In this document: positions 39,354 through 41,784 of the stretch, piece by piece
Layout of the letters: each line of letters opens with the position of its first letter
Numbering within the stretch: the first letter of the stretch is position 1
Origin: a virus
Virus record (IMG/VR): IMGVR_UViG_3300032431_000020
Location: 1 to 41,784 of that record
Direction: 5' to 3' (one strand)
Length of the DNA: 41,784 nt
Notes under the pieces: generated by a model
What the model saw: only the letters and a program-made list of their open reading frames with translations
Told to the model about the DNA's origin: nothing
Databases searched by the model: none
Program-made: the position numbers and the translations under genes

Positions 39354-39592
39354 CGATGAGGCCCCGTCTTTCACTCACTGCACTTCTCGTTTCCGCGTTG
39401 AGCGGGATGTCCGGCGCGGGAATGGCTGTCCTGAAGCATTTACAGCATTCCGCTCCAGCGCCAACGTTCGGCCAGCGCTACGGGGGAAGCCCTCGCAGCA
39501 CCGGGAACGGAGGCGACAAGCGTCGCACGGTCACCGTCGCCCAGATGAAGCGCGCAGCACGCAAACGCAGAAACATCCGAAAGCGCGCCTGA
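39350..39592 (+). CDS. Small protein with N-terminal signal-like segment and very basic C-terminus (80 aa)
   Basis: Track ORF with ATGA overlap. Confidence 0.5.
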   Translation: MTMRPRLSLTALLVSALSGMSGAGMAVLKHLQHSAPAPTFGQRYGGSPRSTGNGGDKRRTVTVAQMKRAARKRRNIRKRA

Positions 39593-39694
39593 TTCAACCA
39601 GGCGACTGCGGCGCCGCCGGCTTCCCCTGGCCGGTCCCATTCCATCCCCCGACCGCAGCGGGCCAATTTTCCCGACACCGACAGGATCAAGACC

Positions 39695-40051
39695 ATGCCA
39701 CTCATCGCACTCACCGACGTTGAAAGCAGCCCGAAGGTGATCAGCATGCGCACAATCATTCTCCAGGAAGTTCCAACTCCGAGCGGCGGTTCAACGTACT
39801 GGGCCATCAACGAAAGCGGCCACGTGATCGACGGACTTGGAACAGACGAACTGCTCTGGTGCGTTGCATGCACCCTTCGACCCGCAGTGGGGGCGCTGCC
39901 TTACGGCGGTGGAAAGACGGTCGAGGAAGCAAAGATTGAAGCATTTCGCGACGGCGCACTTTGCGGTCTCACACAAGACATAACTGCCATCGAAGCGCGT
40001 GCTCGCGCCACCCTTGCGCCAGGCGCAAACGCATTCATAAAGGAAGACTGA
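39695..40051 (+). CDS. Hypothetical protein (118 aa)
   Basis: Track ORF immediately upstream of bet/recT. Confidence 0.65.
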   Translation: MPLIALTDVESSPKVISMRTIILQEVPTPSGGSTYWAINESGHVIDGLGTDELLWCVACTLRPAVGALPYGGGKTVEEAKIEAFRDGALCGLTQDITAIEARARATLAPGANAFIKED

Positions 40052-40054
40052 CCC

Positions 40055-40996
40055 ATGAACCAGATCGCCACCCTTAAGCCCGCGCACCAGCTCGTCTCCG
40101 CCGAACAGGCCGACGCGATCCGCACCGCGCTGAAGACCAGCCTCTATCCCGGCGCCAGCGATGCGTCCGTTGACCTGGTGCTGAGCTACTGCCGCGCCAG
40201 CGGTCTGGATCCTATGACGAAACCTGTCCACATCGTGCCGATGTCCGTCACGGTCGGGAAGAACGACGCTGGCTATGCGATCAAGGAGATGCGTGACGTA
40301 GTCATGCCTGGCATCGGCCTGTACCGCATCAATGCCGCGCGCACCGAGGCCTATGCCGGGTGCAGCGAGCCTGAGTTCGGCCCGATGCAGGAGATGAGCG
40401 TCACGAAGGACGTCTGGGCCGATGCCCCGAACGGCAAGCGCACGAAGAAGACGGTCGACGGCGGGAAGTTCAACTACCCCGAGTGGTGCCGCGTCACCGT
40501 GACCCGCATCGTCGACGGCCAGGCACGCGAGTTCAGCGCGAAGGAATACTGGATCGAGAACTACGCCACGGCCGGAAACGACACCGACAGCCCGAATTCC
40601 ATGTGGAAGAAGCGCCCCTTCGGCCAGCTGGCGAAGTGCACCGAGGCGCAGGCGCTGCGCAAGGCGTTCCCCGAGGCAGTCGGCTCACAGCCTACGGCCG
40701 AAGAGATGGAAGGCAAGGACGTGATCGAAGGCAGCGCCACGGTGGTGCAGTCGGAGCGCGCGGCCATTGCCCAGGCCAAGCCGGTTGAGCTGCCCGCCTA
40801 CAACGATGACGAATTCGCCAAGAACCTGCCGAAGTGGTGGGACGTGATCGAGAGCGGACGCAAGAGCGCTGACGACCTGATCGCCATGCTGCAGACGAAG
40901 GCCCATTTCACGCCGGAGCAGTTGAAGGAGATCCGGAATCCGCCGCGCGACGCGGACCAGAATACTGACGACGAAGGCGAGGAGGAGCAGGCATGA
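40055..40996 (+). CDS. Single-strand annealing recombinase, Bet/RecT (Red-beta) family
   Basis: GASDASVDLVLSYCRASGLDPMTKPVHIVP and KRPFGQLAKCTEAQALRKAFPE parallel the lambda Bet motifs. Confidence 0.85.
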   Translation: MNQIATLKPAHQLVSAEQADAIRTALKTSLYPGASDASVDLVLSYCRASGLDPMTKPVHIVPMSVTVGKNDAGYAIKEMRDVVMPGIGLYRINAARTEAYAGCSEPEFGPMQEMSVTKDVWADAPNGKRTKKTVDGGKFNYPEWCRVTVTRIVDGQAREFSAKEYWIENYATAGNDTDSPNSMWKKRPFGQLAKCTEAQALRKAFPEAVGSQPTAEEMEGKDVIEGSATVVQSERAAIAQAKPVELPAYNDDEFAKNLPKWWDVIESGRKSADDLIAMLQTKAHFTPEQLKEIRNPPRDADQNTDDEGEEEQA

Positions 40997-41784
40997 AGAT
41001 CATCTCCGACATCCCGCAGGGCAGCGAGGCTTGGCTTGCGCATCGCCGCACCTGTCGCAACGCCAGCGAAGCGCCGGCCGTCATGGGCGCATCGCCCTAT
41101 GTCAGCCGCGCGCAGCTGATCCGGCAGCGGTACACCGGCATCGAGCCGGAGATCGACGCCGCCACCCAGGCGCGCTTCGACCACGGGCATGCGGTAGAGC
41201 CCGCCCTGCGTGCATTCGGCGAGCGCCTGATCGGCCAGGACTTCTACCCTGTGACCGGAGTCAGCGACAGCGGTTATCTCGGCGCCAGCTTCGACGGGGT
41301 GACCATGGACGAAACCATTATCGCGGAGGTGAAGCAGCGCAACGCCCAGAAGATGGAGATGGTGAAGCGCGGCGAGATACCGCCGGCCGATTACTGGCAG
41401 ATCGTCCAGCAGTTCGCGGTCTGCGAATCCGCTTTGCAGTGCCTTTACATCGTGGGCGATGGGACTGATGACGGCACTGTCTGGCTGGGCATCAAGCGGG
41501 GTGACTTGGAGGCCGACATCATCCATCTGTGGCGGGCATGGGAGCAGTTCGACGCCGACGTCGCCGCCTACCAGCCTGAAGTGACCGCGGCGCCGGCGGC
41601 CACTGGCCACGCCCCCGACCAGCTGCCGGCCCTGCGCATCGAACTTACGGGGATGGTCACCGAGAGCAACCTTGCCGACTGGAAGGAAGCCGCCATCGCG
41701 GTGTTCCAGGGCATCAACAGCGACCTGCAGACGGACCAGGACTTCGCCGATGCAGAGCGCACGGTGCGGTGGTGCGGCGATATC
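40993..41784 (+). CDS. YqaJ-type (lambda Exo-like) exonuclease domain, 5' part of a 567-aa fusion protein that continues at 1-1039
   Basis: GSEAWLAHRR...ASEAPAVMG, SFDGV...EVKQ nuclease motifs. ATGA overlap with the bet stop. No stop before the window end. Confidence 0.85.
   Translation, partial: MKIISDIPQGSEAWLAHRRTCRNASEAPAVMGASPYVSRAQLIRQRYTGIEPEIDAATQARFDHGHAVEPALRAFGERLIGQDFYPVTGVSDSGYLGASFDGVTMDETIIAEVKQRNAQKMEMVKRGEIPPADYWQIVQQFAVCESALQCLYIVGDGTDDGTVWLGIKRGDLEADIIHLWRAWEQFDADVAAYQPEVTAAPAATGHAPDQLPALRIELTGMVTESNLADWKEAAIAVFQGINSDLQTDQDFADAERTVRWCGDI
41658..41784. repeat. Terminal overlap copy 2 (identical to 1-127)
   Basis: Same 127-nt string as the window start. It lies inside an open reading frame that continues in frame across the junction. 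Confidence 0.9.

Larger units (their letters stand above)
1..41784. mobile_element. Complete temperate tailed-phage genome (lambdoid layout, HK97-type head, RcGTA-like tail tip), circular contig
   Basis: Full set of immunity, replication, lysis, packaging, head, tail, recombination and integration modules. The contig ends overlap by 127 identical bases. Confidence 0.9.

Noticed and set aside
39593-39694. tRNA or small RNA genes in the larger intergenic gaps (39593-39694, 24420-24517, 14365-14445, 4548-4672)
   Set aside because: I could fold no cloverleaf or conserved tRNA boxes by eye; only short, weak stems are present. A tRNAscan/Infernal run would settle it.

Overview
The window is one complete, circularly closed genome of a GC-rich, lambda-like temperate siphovirus. 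About 41,657 bp are unique: bases 1-127 recur exactly at 41658-41784, so the contig is a circle cut inside a gene. Layout: (i) Minus strand, 35299 down to 4673. It starts with a Cro-like gene and an RHH regulator. The replication module follows: an initiator-like protein with an internal repeat tract, a beta-class DNA methyltransferase, DnaB helicase, a DUF1367-like protein, a PAPS-reductase-like protein, an HNH/Ref-like nuclease and a RuvC-like resolvase. Next is a Q-like antiterminator followed by a near-consensus late promoter and a short-transcript terminator. The lysis cassette is unusual: an MKM dual-start holin, a lipobox-bearing muramidase, embedded Rz/Rz1 and two micro membrane ORFs. 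The morphogenesis genes are HNH-TerS-TerL-portal, a 3-gene insertion, a ClpP-like protease, an HK97-type capsid, head-tail joining genes, the tail tube, G/G-T chaperones with an A_AAA_AAA -1 frameshift site, and the tape measure. The strand ends with an RcGTA-like distal tail set (DUF2460, DUF2163, NlpC/P60, large host-specificity protein) and a tail fibre with an internal ~95-aa duplication. (ii) Plus strand, 35381-36865. An S24-less CI-like repressor is co-transcribed with three unknown genes (cytoplasmic, lipoprotein, membrane) in the slot that rexAB occupies in lambda. (iii) Plus strand, 37004 through 41784, wrapping to 1-4547. This early-left operon holds many small ORFs, Bet/RecT, a YqaJ exonuclease fused to a long C-terminal domain (spanning the contig junction), DUF4326 and a large serine integrase. 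The probable attP lies in the 125-bp gap before the convergent tail fibre gene. Five copies of an AWCAC-N5-GTGWW operator organise two near-identical early promoters. No rRNA, tRNA or CRISPR array was seen. All family names come from motif recognition by eye; no database search was run.
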